Shown one piece after another: positions 42,071 to 51,052 of a DNA stretch of 64,000 nucleotides (position 1 is its first letter; each line of letters begins with the position of its first letter). Under the pieces are notes generated by a model, which worked only from the letters and a program-made list of their open reading frames with translations, did not search any database and was not told where the DNA came from. Both the position numbers and the translations under genes were made by a program. The stretch covers positions 29,126 to 93,125 of the forward strand of contig JBAZTY010000002.1 of the NCBI GenBank assembly GCA_041661685.1, in the 5' to 3' direction. The DNA comes from Patescibacteria group bacterium (lineage in GTDB: Bacteria; Patescibacteriota; Patescibacteriia; Patescibacteriales; UBA12465).

Positions 42071-43108
42071 ATGAGATACCAATTATATACAACTTCTCAC
42101 AAAGCCTGGGACGCTATGTTTAAGGCGATGTCTCTGGCGCAGAAATCCATCTATATAGAGATGTATATTTTTTTGGGCGACACGCAGAAGACTCATAATT
42201 TTCTCAAACTCTTAAGAGAGAAGGCGCGAGCCGGCGTCGAAGTCGTGATTATCGCCGACGCTTATGGCAGCAATTCTTTAAAACCGGAAGCAATCGCGGA
42301 AATGCGCGCGGCCGGAGCGGAATTTATCTATTTTTCTCATTGGTTCCGGCATACGCATCGAAAGATAGTCATTATTGATAATAAAGTTGCGCTGCTGGGC
42401 GGCGTCAATATCGAGGAGAAGACGCGTAACTGGCGCGACTTGCAGATTAAACTCCAAGGCAAGATTGTTAAACCGCTTTTGAAATCTTTCGCCTATGCTT
42501 ATGAGATGACTGGCGGCAAGAAAGAATCCGTCCTCAGGTATAGCCGCTTGCCTCTCGTCCAGAAGATAAAATCCTGGATAACTGATAATCTAGCCATCAC
42601 TGTTGGAGGTTATCATCTTAACGAGTATTACAAGAAGAAGATTATTGGCGCGAAAGAATCAATTCAGATGGTCACTCCCTATCTCTTGCCGCCGCGTTGG
42701 ATGTTGGCCTTGTTAGATGACGCCTGTCGCCGCGGCGTCGAAGTCGAGATACTCATACCGGATGATACCGATGTTAAGCCTTTGAATAAGGTCAATTATC
42801 TTAATTCTTGCCGGATGGCGGCCTATGGCGTCAAGTTTTATCTCTTGCCGGTCATGAATCACGCCAAGATAATGCTGATAGACAGATCTGAAGGCGTGAT
42901 TGGCTCTCAGAATATGGATGTCTTATCCTTTAATTGGAATATCGAGGCAGGCATATTTTTTCAGCAGAAGCAGCTCGTGGCCGATATGGAGAAGATCATC
43001 GAGCATTGGAAAAAAGAGTCGGTTCCTTTCGAGGCGGCGGGCAAGAAGATCAAATGGCGCGACCGCGTCTTAATCGCGATACTCAAGATTTTCTATCCGA
43101 TATTCTAG
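42071..43108 (+). CDS. Phospholipase D / cardiolipin-synthase-like protein (two HKD motifs, no TM)
   Basis: 345 aa. HRKIVIIDNKVALLGGVNI and HAKIMLIDRSEGVIGSQNMD. Confidence 0.85.
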   Translation: MRYQLYTTSHKAWDAMFKAMSLAQKSIYIEMYIFLGDTQKTHNFLKLLREKARAGVEVVIIADAYGSNSLKPEAIAEMRAAGAEFIYFSHWFRHTHRKIVIIDNKVALLGGVNIEEKTRNWRDLQIKLQGKIVKPLLKSFAYAYEMTGGKKESVLRYSRLPLVQKIKSWITDNLAITVGGYHLNEYYKKKIIGAKESIQMVTPYLLPPRWMLALLDDACRRGVEVEILIPDDTDVKPLNKVNYLNSCRMAAYGVKFYLLPVMNHAKIMLIDRSEGVIGSQNMDVLSFNWNIEAGIFFQQKQLVADMEKIIEHWKKESVPFEAAGKKIKWRDRVLIAILKIFYPIF

Positions 43109-43229
43109 GTTTTTCAGTTTGATATTTTAAGACTTTTTTGAACAAGCTTGTCCGTTCCGAGATAGGCTTGTTTTTTTTAGTCTTTTCGGCTATAATGAAC
43201 CTATTAATTTTTTAATATCCTCGAATAAC

Positions 43230-45719
43230 ATGGCCGAGAATCTTATTAAGATAAGAGGGGCGCGAACCAATAACTTGAAGAATATTAATTTAGATATTCC
43301 ACGCGATCAGCTGGTAGTGATCACCGGCTTATCCGGTTCGGGAAAATCTTCTTTAGCTTTCGATACTATCTATGCGGAGGGTCAGCGCCGCTATGTCGAG
43401 TCCTTGTCTTCTTACGCGCGCCAATTCGTCGGCTTGATGGATAAGCCAGACGTGGATCTGATTGAAGGGCTGTCTCCGGCTATTTCTATCGATCAGCGCA
43501 CAGTCGGCCATAATCCGCGCTCGACCGTGGGAACAATCACAGAAATCTATGATTACTTGCGCTTGCTTTATGCCCGCGCCGGCCAGCCTTATTGCCCGCA
43601 TTGCCAGGTAAAATTGAAGAAAGCGGCCGAGGAGAAGAAGACGGCTAAGACTGTCCGCGGCCGAGAGATAAAATCAGCGCGGATGGAGAGATATTTTTTG
43701 TGTCCAGAATGCGATTATCGCCGTCTAGAATTAGAGCCGCGCGATTTTTCTTTTAACTCCGGTCATGGCGCCTGTTTGGTTTGCGGCGGTCTGGGAATTA
43801 AATCGGAAATTGATCCGGAACTCGTTTTCAATAATAATCTAAGTATTCTCGAAGGGGCGATCAAGTCCCTATCGCACGCGAATCTCAGCGTCAGCGGCTT
43901 GCTCGGAGAATTAGAATCCCTGGCCGAGCGCCATTGCTTCAGTTTGCGTCCGGCAATCAAGGATCTTGATAGTGCTCATAAGGAGCTGGTGCTCAAGGGC
44001 GATGATAAATTCGGCGGATTGTTAGCCGCTTTAGAAGAAAAATATCAAGAAACGAAATCAAGCTTTGTTAAGCAGGAGATCGAGAAAGTCATGCGCACGG
44101 CGCTATGCCCGGCTTGCCAGGGCGCGCGTTTAAAGCCAGAATCTCTGCTCGTCAAAATAAACGGCTTATCAATCATTGAAGTGACTGATAAGAGCATTAA
44201 GTCTCTAGTCGAGCTTTTAAATAATTGGCTGAAGAGTCCTGCGACTTTAAACGGCGGGGCAAAGATCGCCGAACCGATAATCCGGGAGATGATTAAGAAT
44301 CTAGAGTTCTTAGCGAATGTCGGGCTTGATTATCTAACGCTCAGCCGCGCCGCCTCGACTCTTTCCGGCGGTGAAGCGCAGCGTATCCGCTTAGCCTCGC
44401 AAGTCGGCTCGACTTTGAGCGGGGTATTATATGTATTAGATGAACCTTCAATCGGATTGCATCAGCGCGATAATGACAAGCTCATTCATACGCTTAAAGA
44501 ACTGCGCGATAACGGCAATACTGTCATCGTCGTCGAGCACGACGCTTCGACTATGGTCGCGGCCGATTGGCTTATTGATATCGGTCCCGGCGCTGGAGAT
44601 TTCGGCGGCAATGTCTTATTCGCCGGCAAGCCGGCTGACATAAAAGATTGCGCCCCGTCTCTGACCGGCGCTTATCTGTCCGGGCGTAAAGAGATCAAGA
44701 TGCCGAAGATGTTCAGGAAAGGGAATGGCAAGTCTATTAAGATCATGGGCGCGACTGAACATAACTTGAAGAATATTGATATTGATATCCCCCTCGGAAA
44801 ATTAGTGGCGATTACCGGCGTTTCCGGCAGCGGCAAGTCTACCTTGATGAATGATATCTTGGCTAACGCTCTGACCAGGAAATTTTATCGCGCTAAGACC
44901 GAACCGGGAGCGCATAAGGCTTTGACTGGCTTAGAATCGATAGATAAAGTCATCGATATCGACCAGTCGCCGATAGGGCGCACGCCGCGTTCTAATCCCG
45001 CGACTTACACCGGATTATTTACTTATATCCGTGATCTTTTTGCTGACTTGCCAGAGGCGCGCGTCAAAGGTCTCAGTGCGGGGCATTTTTCTTTCAATGT
45101 TCCGGGCGGCCGTTGCGAGAATTGTTCCGGCGACGGCGTTATCAAGGTAGAGATGCAATTCCTCTCCGATGTCTATTTGACTTGCGACGTCTGCGGCGGC
45201 AAGAAATTCCAGCCGAAGGTTCTCGAAGTTTTGTATAAAGGCAAGAATATTTATGAGATTCTGGAAATGACTATCGAAGAAGCGAAAGAATTCTTCAGGG
45301 ATCATTCCGCTATCAGCCAGAAATTGAAGACTTTAGATGAAGTCGGCTTGGGCTATATCAAACTCGGCCAAAGCGCCACGACTTTCTCCGGCGGTGAAGC
45401 GCAACGCATCAAACTGGCGACGGAATTATCGCGCCGCGCGACTGGGAAGACCTTGTATATATTGGATGAACCGACGACCGGTTTGCATTTCGCCGATATT
45501 GATCGCTTATTGAAAGTTCTGAATATGCTAGTTGATCAAGGAAACACCGTTTTAATCATTGAGCATAATCTCGATGTGATTAAATCAGTCGACTGGATCA
45601 TCGACATGGGGCCGGAAGGCGGCGATGCTGGCGGCTATCTCGTCGGAGCGGGCACTCCTCCGGAAATCGCTAAGATTGCTAAGAGTTATACGGGCAAGTA
45701 TCTGAAGAACGTGATTTAG
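43230..45719 (+). CDS. uvrA: Excinuclease ABC subunit A homolog lacking the UvrB-binding domain
   Basis: 829 aa. Two ABC modules ([18 protein letters not shown]; LSGGEAQR twice) and Zn modules. Only ~35 aa separate CPHC (aa 122) from CPEC (aa 158), compared with ~130 aa in E. coli UvrA. Confidence 0.88.
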   Translation: MAENLIKIRGARTNNLKNINLDIPRDQLVVITGLSGSGKSSLAFDTIYAEGQRRYVESLSSYARQFVGLMDKPDVDLIEGLSPAISIDQRTVGHNPRSTVGTITEIYDYLRLLYARAGQPYCPHCQVKLKKAAEEKKTAKTVRGREIKSARMERYFLCPECDYRRLELEPRDFSFNSGHGACLVCGGLGIKSEIDPELVFNNNLSILEGAIKSLSHANLSVSGLLGELESLAERHCFSLRPAIKDLDSAHKELVLKGDDKFGGLLAALEEKYQETKSSFVKQEIEKVMRTALCPACQGARLKPESLLVKINGLSIIEVTDKSIKSLVELLNNWLKSPATLNGGAKIAEPIIREMIKNLEFLANVGLDYLTLSRAASTLSGGEAQRIRLASQVGSTLSGVLYVLDEPSIGLHQRDNDKLIHTLKELRDNGNTVIVVEHDASTMVAADWLIDIGPGAGDFGGNVLFAGKPADIKDCAPSLTGAYLSGRKEIKMPKMFRKGNGKSIKIMGATEHNLKNIDIDIPLGKLVAITGVSGSGKSTLMNDILANALTRKFYRAKTEPGAHKALTGLESIDKVIDIDQSPIGRTPRSNPATYTGLFTYIRDLFADLPEARVKGLSAGHFSFNVPGGRCENCSGDGVIKVEMQFLSDVYLTCDVCGGKKFQPKVLEVLYKGKNIYEILEMTIEEAKEFFRDHSAISQKLKTLDEVGLGYIKLGQSATTFSGGEAQRIKLATELSRRATGKTLYILDEPTTGLHFADIDRLLKVLNMLVDQGNTVLIIEHNLDVIKSVDWIIDMGPEGGDAGGYLVGAGTPPEIAKIAKSYTGKYLKNVI

Positions 45720-45761
45720 GCCGGAGGGAATAAAACTTTATTGGATACTAAATCTAAATAC

Positions 45762-45790
45762 AAAAAAGCCATTCTTATGAATGGCTTTTT
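45762..45790. terminator. Bidirectional intrinsic terminator
   Basis: 10-bp stem AAAAGCCATT / AATGGCTTTT between convergent uvrA and the 45810 gene. Confidence 0.75.
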
Positions 45791-45809
45791 AGTAATGACG
45801 CGCGGTAGT

Positions 45810-46310
45810 TTATTTTAAATCAGCGATTATTTTTAAATCTAATTTTTTAGTGGTTGTGTCTAAAACGGCGAAAGTCGCCTGATGGAAGACTCCGGCGACG
45901 TTTCCGGGATTAGCGATTATCGTGTCGCCATCATGCTCGAGCCAGGGTTTATGAGTATGTCCGTAGAAAACAAAATCCGGCGACGCGGCCGCGAGCTTGA
46001 AGACTTTTTTTGTCTTCTCCGGCTCATGGCAGAAGCCGATACGGAGTCCGCCGATCTCTCTCAATCCGATGGCGCCGCTATATTTGATGTTTTTATATTG
46101 GCTCAGCTCTTTCTCTTCGTAGAGCTCCATATTTCCGCCAACTAAAAAAATCTCGCCGGAGAAATTAGCGGCGAGATAGTCTATGGTTTCTAGGTTAGTC
46201 ATGTCGCCGCAGGCGATCATCTTTTCTACTCCGTGTTCAGAGCACCATCTCAGGCATTTCTCTAGGTTAGCGATATTGTCATGGATATCGGAAGCGATCG
46301 CGATTGTCAT
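45810..46310 (-). CDS. YfcE/MJ0936-family metallophosphoesterase
   Basis: 166 aa. ASDIHDN, ACGDM and YGHTHKPW metal-binding motifs. Confidence 0.8.
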   Translation of the reverse strand: MTIAIASDIHDNIANLEKCLRWCSEHGVEKMIACGDMTNLETIDYLAANFSGEIFLVGGNMELYEEKELSQYKNIKYSGAIGLREIGGLRIGFCHEPEKTKKVFKLAAASPDFVFYGHTHKPWLEHDGDTIIANPGNVAGVFHQATFAVLDTTTKKLDLKIIADLK

Positions 46311-46329
46311 AATCAGTTCTGGTTATCGG

Positions 46330-46905
46330 CTATTTTTTGCCTCTTAATTTTATCTCGTAAGCCATCTGTTCCAGTTTTCTCAGATGACCGCGCGCCTGAT
46401 CATATTTGGTGCGCAGGTATCCGGTCATGTCGAAATCGATGAGCTGAGACATGATATCTTCGGCGCCCTTCTTGATCTTCGCTACCTCGGCGAATTTTCC
46501 GGCCGCCGCTTGGTTAGTGGCATAACGGACCAATTCTCCGACTAGGTCGCAGATGCCGCCGAGATAGCCTTCATAATCGAGCTGCAATTCCGGAGTGGCC
46601 CCGATCTTCTTATTCTTAATGACAGTATAGAAAGTTTTTCCTTCCAGGTATTCCTCTACGCCTGCCTTATAGGCGCCCTCTCGGTTCAATCTTTCTTGGC
46701 CGAAGCGCGCGGCCAGATTCTTGAGATTCTTTTCGTTCTCTTCCAGCTTAGCCGCGGCTGTCTTGAAATCCTGGCGCTGCAGGGCGAAGATGGTCTTTTT
46801 GGCTTCGAAGAGGATATTATTGGAAGCGCTGATAATCTGCCGGCGCTGTGATTCATTAGCTTGGTAGTCTTTCCGAAGCTGCTCTAAGAATTCTTTATTG
46901 ATCAT
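46330..46905 (-). CDS. Translin-family protein
   Basis: 191 aa, all-helical. LDYEGYLGGICDLVGELVRYA...AGKF...YLRTKYDQARGHLRKLEQMAYEIKLRG parallels human translin LDVEDYLSGVLILASELSRLS...AGDY...SLRKRYDGLKYDVKKVEEVVYDLSIRG (alignment from memory). Confidence 0.65.
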   Translation of the reverse strand: MINKEFLEQLRKDYQANESQRRQIISASNNILFEAKKTIFALQRQDFKTAAAKLEENEKNLKNLAARFGQERLNREGAYKAGVEEYLEGKTFYTVIKNKKIGATPELQLDYEGYLGGICDLVGELVRYATNQAAAGKFAEVAKIKKGAEDIMSQLIDFDMTGYLRTKYDQARGHLRKLEQMAYEIKLRGKK

Positions 46906-46932
46906 AATATTTTTTATTGCGCAATTAAATTA

Positions 46933-49900
46933 TTAGACTACTCTGAATACTTCATCAAGACTCGTCTCGCCGTTCAACGCTTTAAGAACGCCGTCTTGGA
47001 GCATGGTAATCATGCCGTTATCAATAGCTGCCTTCTCGATGTCGGTATCGGTGACATTTTCCGTCTGGATCAGTTTCTGGATGGTCGGAACCATGGTGAT
47101 AGTTTCGTATAAGCCGAGCCGCCCCTTATAGCCTATCTGGCCGCATTTCGGGCAGCCGACTCCGGTATAGAAGACCAGGCTGGAAGGAATAGAAACTTTC
47201 GGATTCTTGATGGAGGCTAAAATGCCTTGGACGCGCTGCATTTCTTCGGGTTTCAGGTCGACGGTTTTCTTGCAGTAAGGGCAAAGCTTGCGGACTAAGC
47301 GCTGGCCGATAGTGAATTCGATCGAATTAGCCAGGGTCTGGCGATCGACGCCAAGCCCGACGAAACGGGAGATGGCTCCGGCCGCCGAATTGGCGTGGAT
47401 AGTCGATAGGACTAAGTGGCCGGTCATGGAAGCCTCGATAGCGATCTTGGCGGTCTCGTCATCGCGGATTTCTCCGATCATCATGATATTCGGATTCTGG
47501 CGCAGGAGAGAGCGCATCGCGGAGACGAAAGTGTAGCCGCGTTCTTCGTCAATCTGAGTCTGCATGACGCCAGCTAATTGATATTCGATTGGATCTTCAA
47601 CCGTGATTATCTTGACGTCCGGCTTGTTTAATTTATTCAAGATGCTATAAAGGGTCGTGGTTTTGCCGCTGCCGGTCGGACCAGTAGTAATAATGATGCC
47701 GCGCGTCTTCTTCATCGCTTCTTGCAGAGCAGTAAAAGCGACGGAAGTTATGCCGAGCTTATTCATGTCGAGATTGGCCGCCGAGGTCGAGAGCAGACGG
47801 ATAACGATGGTTTCGCCGTAGCCGCCGGAGATTATAGATAAGCGGCAGTCAATCTTATGGTCGGGCAAGTAGATAGCGAAGCGGCCGTCGAAAGTCGCGC
47901 GCCGGACATTAGTCGGAGCGCCGGCTAAAATTTTTATTTCTGATAATAAAGGCAGATAGCTGGTTTTCGGCAGATTGAGAATATCGTGCATGACGCCATC
48001 GATACGGAAGCGGACTTTGACGTCATGCTCTGTCGGTTCGATATGGATATCGCCGGCATCGCTAATAGAGCCGAGCGCCATGATTAGATTTATCAGTTTG
48101 CCCGTCGGTATCTCCTTGACGGCTTGAGAAATGCCACTGATATTATGGCTTAATTCTTCCGCCTCCTGGAATTCCTCCGCCTTGATTTTCACGCCGCGGC
48201 CGATAGTCTGGGAAATGACGATATTATATAATTCATCGATATAGCCGAAGTCGCCGATGACGCGATAGACTTCCTCGACGGAAGTTATGCCCTCGAGCGT
48301 TTTTAGGATGCCGTCTTGGAGCATGGTGATCATGCCGTCTTCGATGGCCTGTTGCAAGATTTTAAAAGAAGGCGCTTGATCGATAGTTAATTGTTTGATC
48401 CGGTCATTCATCGTGAATATTTCATAGATGCCGGTCCGGCCTTTATAGCCGATATAATTGCATTCGCTGCAGCCCGGTCCGACCTTGTATATCATCGGCA
48501 GAGTAGCGGGTACGCTAACTCCGGCCTTGGGAGATAAGACCGCTAATATCTTATTGACTTGTTCGGTTTCAGCTTCTTCCATATGATGCTCCAGCCGGCA
48601 ATGCGGGCAGAGTTTTCTGACTAAGCGCTGGCCGATAATGACATTGATAGCCGGAGCCAGGAAATATGGTTTAACGCCGATATCGATGAAACGCGGGATA
48701 GAGCTGGCGGCGTCGTTAGTATGCATGGTAGTCAGGACGAGATGGCCGGTCAGGGAAGCTTGGATAGCGATTTCCGCGGTTTCTAGATCGCGAATTTCTC
48801 CAACCATGACGATATTAGGATCTTGGCGCAGGATAGAGCGCAGGCCGTCGGAAAAAGTATAGCCGCGTTTTTCGTCGACTTGGCTCTGGTTGATGCCTTC
48901 AAGCTGATATTCAACCGGGTCTTCAAGTGTGATTATTTTAGTGCCCGGCTGGTTTAATTTATTCAGGGCGGCGTATAAAGTAGTCGTCTTGCCGCTGCCG
49001 GTCGGACCGACCGTCGCTATTAATCCGTTCGGCTTAGCTATTTCTCTTAATAGCAGGGGCATAATTTCCGTCCGGATACCTAAGCTTTCAAATTCGAGAG
49101 CGGTTGCGGTTGAGTCGAGTAAACGCATCACGACGCTTTCTCCGTGCGCGGTCGGCAAGAAAGAGCAACGGACATCGATCTTCTTATTAGAAAGATAGAT
49201 TGTATAGCGTCCGTCTTGCGGCTTATTCTCGATATTTATCTTGACGCGAGAAAGGATTTTCAAGCGGGCGATAATCTTGTCCCATTTTTCTCGGCTGATG
49301 ATAGCCGCTTCTTGGAGGACGCCGTCAATTCTGATTCTGATAGCGACGCCATGCTCTTCAGCTTCAATATGGACGTCGCTGCCGCCGACTTTCAAGGCGG
49401 TCGCGAGTATCAGCGTGATGATGTCGGTGATATTTACTTCATTGATCTTCTCATTCAAGCTCTTGTAGCTGCTGATAGCTTCTTTGAATTTTTCTAGGTT
49501 CTCTTCGGTTATCTCGACGCCGCTTTCATATTTCTTAGTTTTGGGCAGAGATTTATAGGCGTCAATTCCTATAGCTAGACTGGTGGCCGAGACTAGATAT
49601 AATTTTGTGCTGGCGAAATATTGATCGCCGAGGCGGGCCAGTTCTTCTTTTACTTCAGTCGTCGGGCTGACGCAGCCGAGACGGATATTTTTGCCGTCGT
49701 AATAAAAACAGATAGCGCCGATTTCCTTAGCCCTCTCTTCCTGGATGAGCGACAAGGCCTCGGGGCTGATTGGAAAACCGGTCAGATTGACATAATCAAG
49801 GCCGAGCTGGCCGGCCGCCTGCTTGGTCTCTTTTTCGATTTCTTTTTCTTTTATCTCTCCCTGCTTTTTAGCAAAACGACCGGCGACGCTTTCTTCGTCA

Positions 49901-49944
49901 TCGGTCGGATTGATTAAATTTTCAATAGAAGCGAGATCACTCAT
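46933..49944 (-). CDS. Tandem-duplicated PilB/GspE-type secretion ATPase (two complete ATPase modules in one polypeptide)
   Basis: 1003 aa. T2SSE_N-like N-terminus, then two copies of the N2 + ATPase + Zn-finger module offset by ~440 aa. Both copies have intact Walker A/B, Asp box, His box and tetra-Cys motifs. Confidence 0.85.
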   Translation of the reverse strand: MSDLASIENLINPTDDEESVAGRFAKKQGEIKEKEIEKETKQAAGQLGLDYVNLTGFPISPEALSLIQEERAKEIGAICFYYDGKNIRLGCVSPTTEVKEELARLGDQYFASTKLYLVSATSLAIGIDAYKSLPKTKKYESGVEITEENLEKFKEAISSYKSLNEKINEVNITDIITLILATALKVGGSDVHIEAEEHGVAIRIRIDGVLQEAAIISREKWDKIIARLKILSRVKINIENKPQDGRYTIYLSNKKIDVRCSFLPTAHGESVVMRLLDSTATALEFESLGIRTEIMPLLLREIAKPNGLIATVGPTGSGKTTTLYAALNKLNQPGTKIITLEDPVEYQLEGINQSQVDEKRGYTFSDGLRSILRQDPNIVMVGEIRDLETAEIAIQASLTGHLVLTTMHTNDAASSIPRFIDIGVKPYFLAPAINVIIGQRLVRKLCPHCRLEHHMEEAETEQVNKILAVLSPKAGVSVPATLPMIYKVGPGCSECNYIGYKGRTGIYEIFTMNDRIKQLTIDQAPSFKILQQAIEDGMITMLQDGILKTLEGITSVEEVYRVIGDFGYIDELYNIVISQTIGRGVKIKAEEFQEAEELSHNISGISQAVKEIPTGKLINLIMALGSISDAGDIHIEPTEHDVKVRFRIDGVMHDILNLPKTSYLPLLSEIKILAGAPTNVRRATFDGRFAIYLPDHKIDCRLSIISGGYGETIVIRLLSTSAANLDMNKLGITSVAFTALQEAMKKTRGIIITTGPTGSGKTTTLYSILNKLNKPDVKIITVEDPIEYQLAGVMQTQIDEERGYTFVSAMRSLLRQNPNIMMIGEIRDDETAKIAIEASMTGHLVLSTIHANSAAGAISRFVGLGVDRQTLANSIEFTIGQRLVRKLCPYCKKTVDLKPEEMQRVQGILASIKNPKVSIPSSLVFYTGVGCPKCGQIGYKGRLGLYETITMVPTIQKLIQTENVTDTDIEKAAIDNGMITMLQDGVLKALNGETSLDEVFRVV

Positions 49945-49989
49945 AGATTTTAATGGATGCGATTATTTTCAGGGAGCGCGCTTCCGAAT

Positions 49990-50964
49990 TTAGCGCTTGA
50001 AGAGGCGTTCCAGCTTCGCGACGCCGCCATTTTCTTTCAGATGCAAGAACAGGTTGGTCCAAGAAGCAGTCTGGAAGGTTGTCAGGACAGAGCCAAAAAT
50101 GACGACGAGCGCTATCGCGATGAAGAGTATTAGAATCATCAGCCAGTAAAGGTTGAATACCAGGCTTAATAAGAATAACGGCAACAGGAATAAAGCTAAG
50201 ATTATGAGCGCTACGCCGCTGAAGAGGAAATTGATCAGGAATAGGATTACGGCCATCTCTAAGCTGATAAGCCAATTATTCTTGAACATTCTCGTGCCAT
50301 GCTCTAGGGAGGCGACGAGAGATTTATTCTCGATAACCTTATACGCGATAGTATATTTAATGAGGAGCGATAAGCTCATGGCTACGGGAATGAAAATGAC
50401 GAAAATGAAGATATAGAAAGCGAATAAGAGAGAGGAATCACTGACAGTCATGAAAAGGAGAGGGAGGCCGACAATGAAGAAAGCGAAGTAAATCAGAATC
50501 TTTACGAAGATATTCAAGCCTAACACCGGCCAGAAGTAGCGATGGCCTTCGCTCAGGCTATCGCGGATGCTTAATCCCTCCGGCTTCTTCTTGGCGGTCA
50601 AAAGCTTCTTGAGGCTGCCGACTAAAGCGGCCTGGGAGCTTACCGCCATCCAGATGAAGAATACTAATAAGATAGCGGTGATGAGCAATATTGAAAAAGC
50701 GTTCAGGATAGTCCAGAAATCCTGATGGAGCAAGTTCACCAGTCCGAGAAAGAAATTCTTTAAGACATCGCCGATGGTTAAAATGCTTCCCATTCTCATA
50801 TAAGAGCCCTCGATCGGATTCTGGCCGAGGTTTTGAGTCACTACTTGGTATTCCCAAGAGCCGCTACCGGCTACTAGTGAGGCGAATAGTCCGAGGAACC
50901 ACAGATATTTGTGTTCCCAGGTAGTCGCCCAAGCTTGTTTTAGAAGGTTTCTGTACGAAAACAT
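49990..50964 (-). CDS. Polytopic membrane protein, unknown function (first gene of the tandem-ATPase operon)
   Basis: 324 aa, about 7 TM. N-terminus YRNLLKQAWATTWEHKYLWFLGLF. No PilC/GspF-like motifs seen. Confidence 0.65.
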   Translation of the reverse strand: MFSYRNLLKQAWATTWEHKYLWFLGLFASLVAGSGSWEYQVVTQNLGQNPIEGSYMRMGSILTIGDVLKNFFLGLVNLLHQDFWTILNAFSILLITAILLVFFIWMAVSSQAALVGSLKKLLTAKKKPEGLSIRDSLSEGHRYFWPVLGLNIFVKILIYFAFFIVGLPLLFMTVSDSSLLFAFYIFIFVIFIPVAMSLSLLIKYTIAYKVIENKSLVASLEHGTRMFKNNWLISLEMAVILFLINFLFSGVALIILALFLLPLFLLSLVFNLYWLMILILFIAIALVVIFGSVLTTFQTASWTNLFLHLKENGGVAKLERLFKR

Positions 50965-51052
50965 AAGGTTAAAAATTAATTGAAAAATTTAAAAAAGTCT
51001 GATACTATTATAACATAATTCCTTAATTAATACCAAGAATTAACCCCTATAT

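Noticed and set aside
49937-50275. 112-aa minus-strand ORF bridging the pilB start and the upstream membrane-protein gene
   Set aside because: It is in a different frame and overlaps the well-supported 324-aa membrane-protein gene. Its composition is Pro/Arg-rich and non-protein-like.
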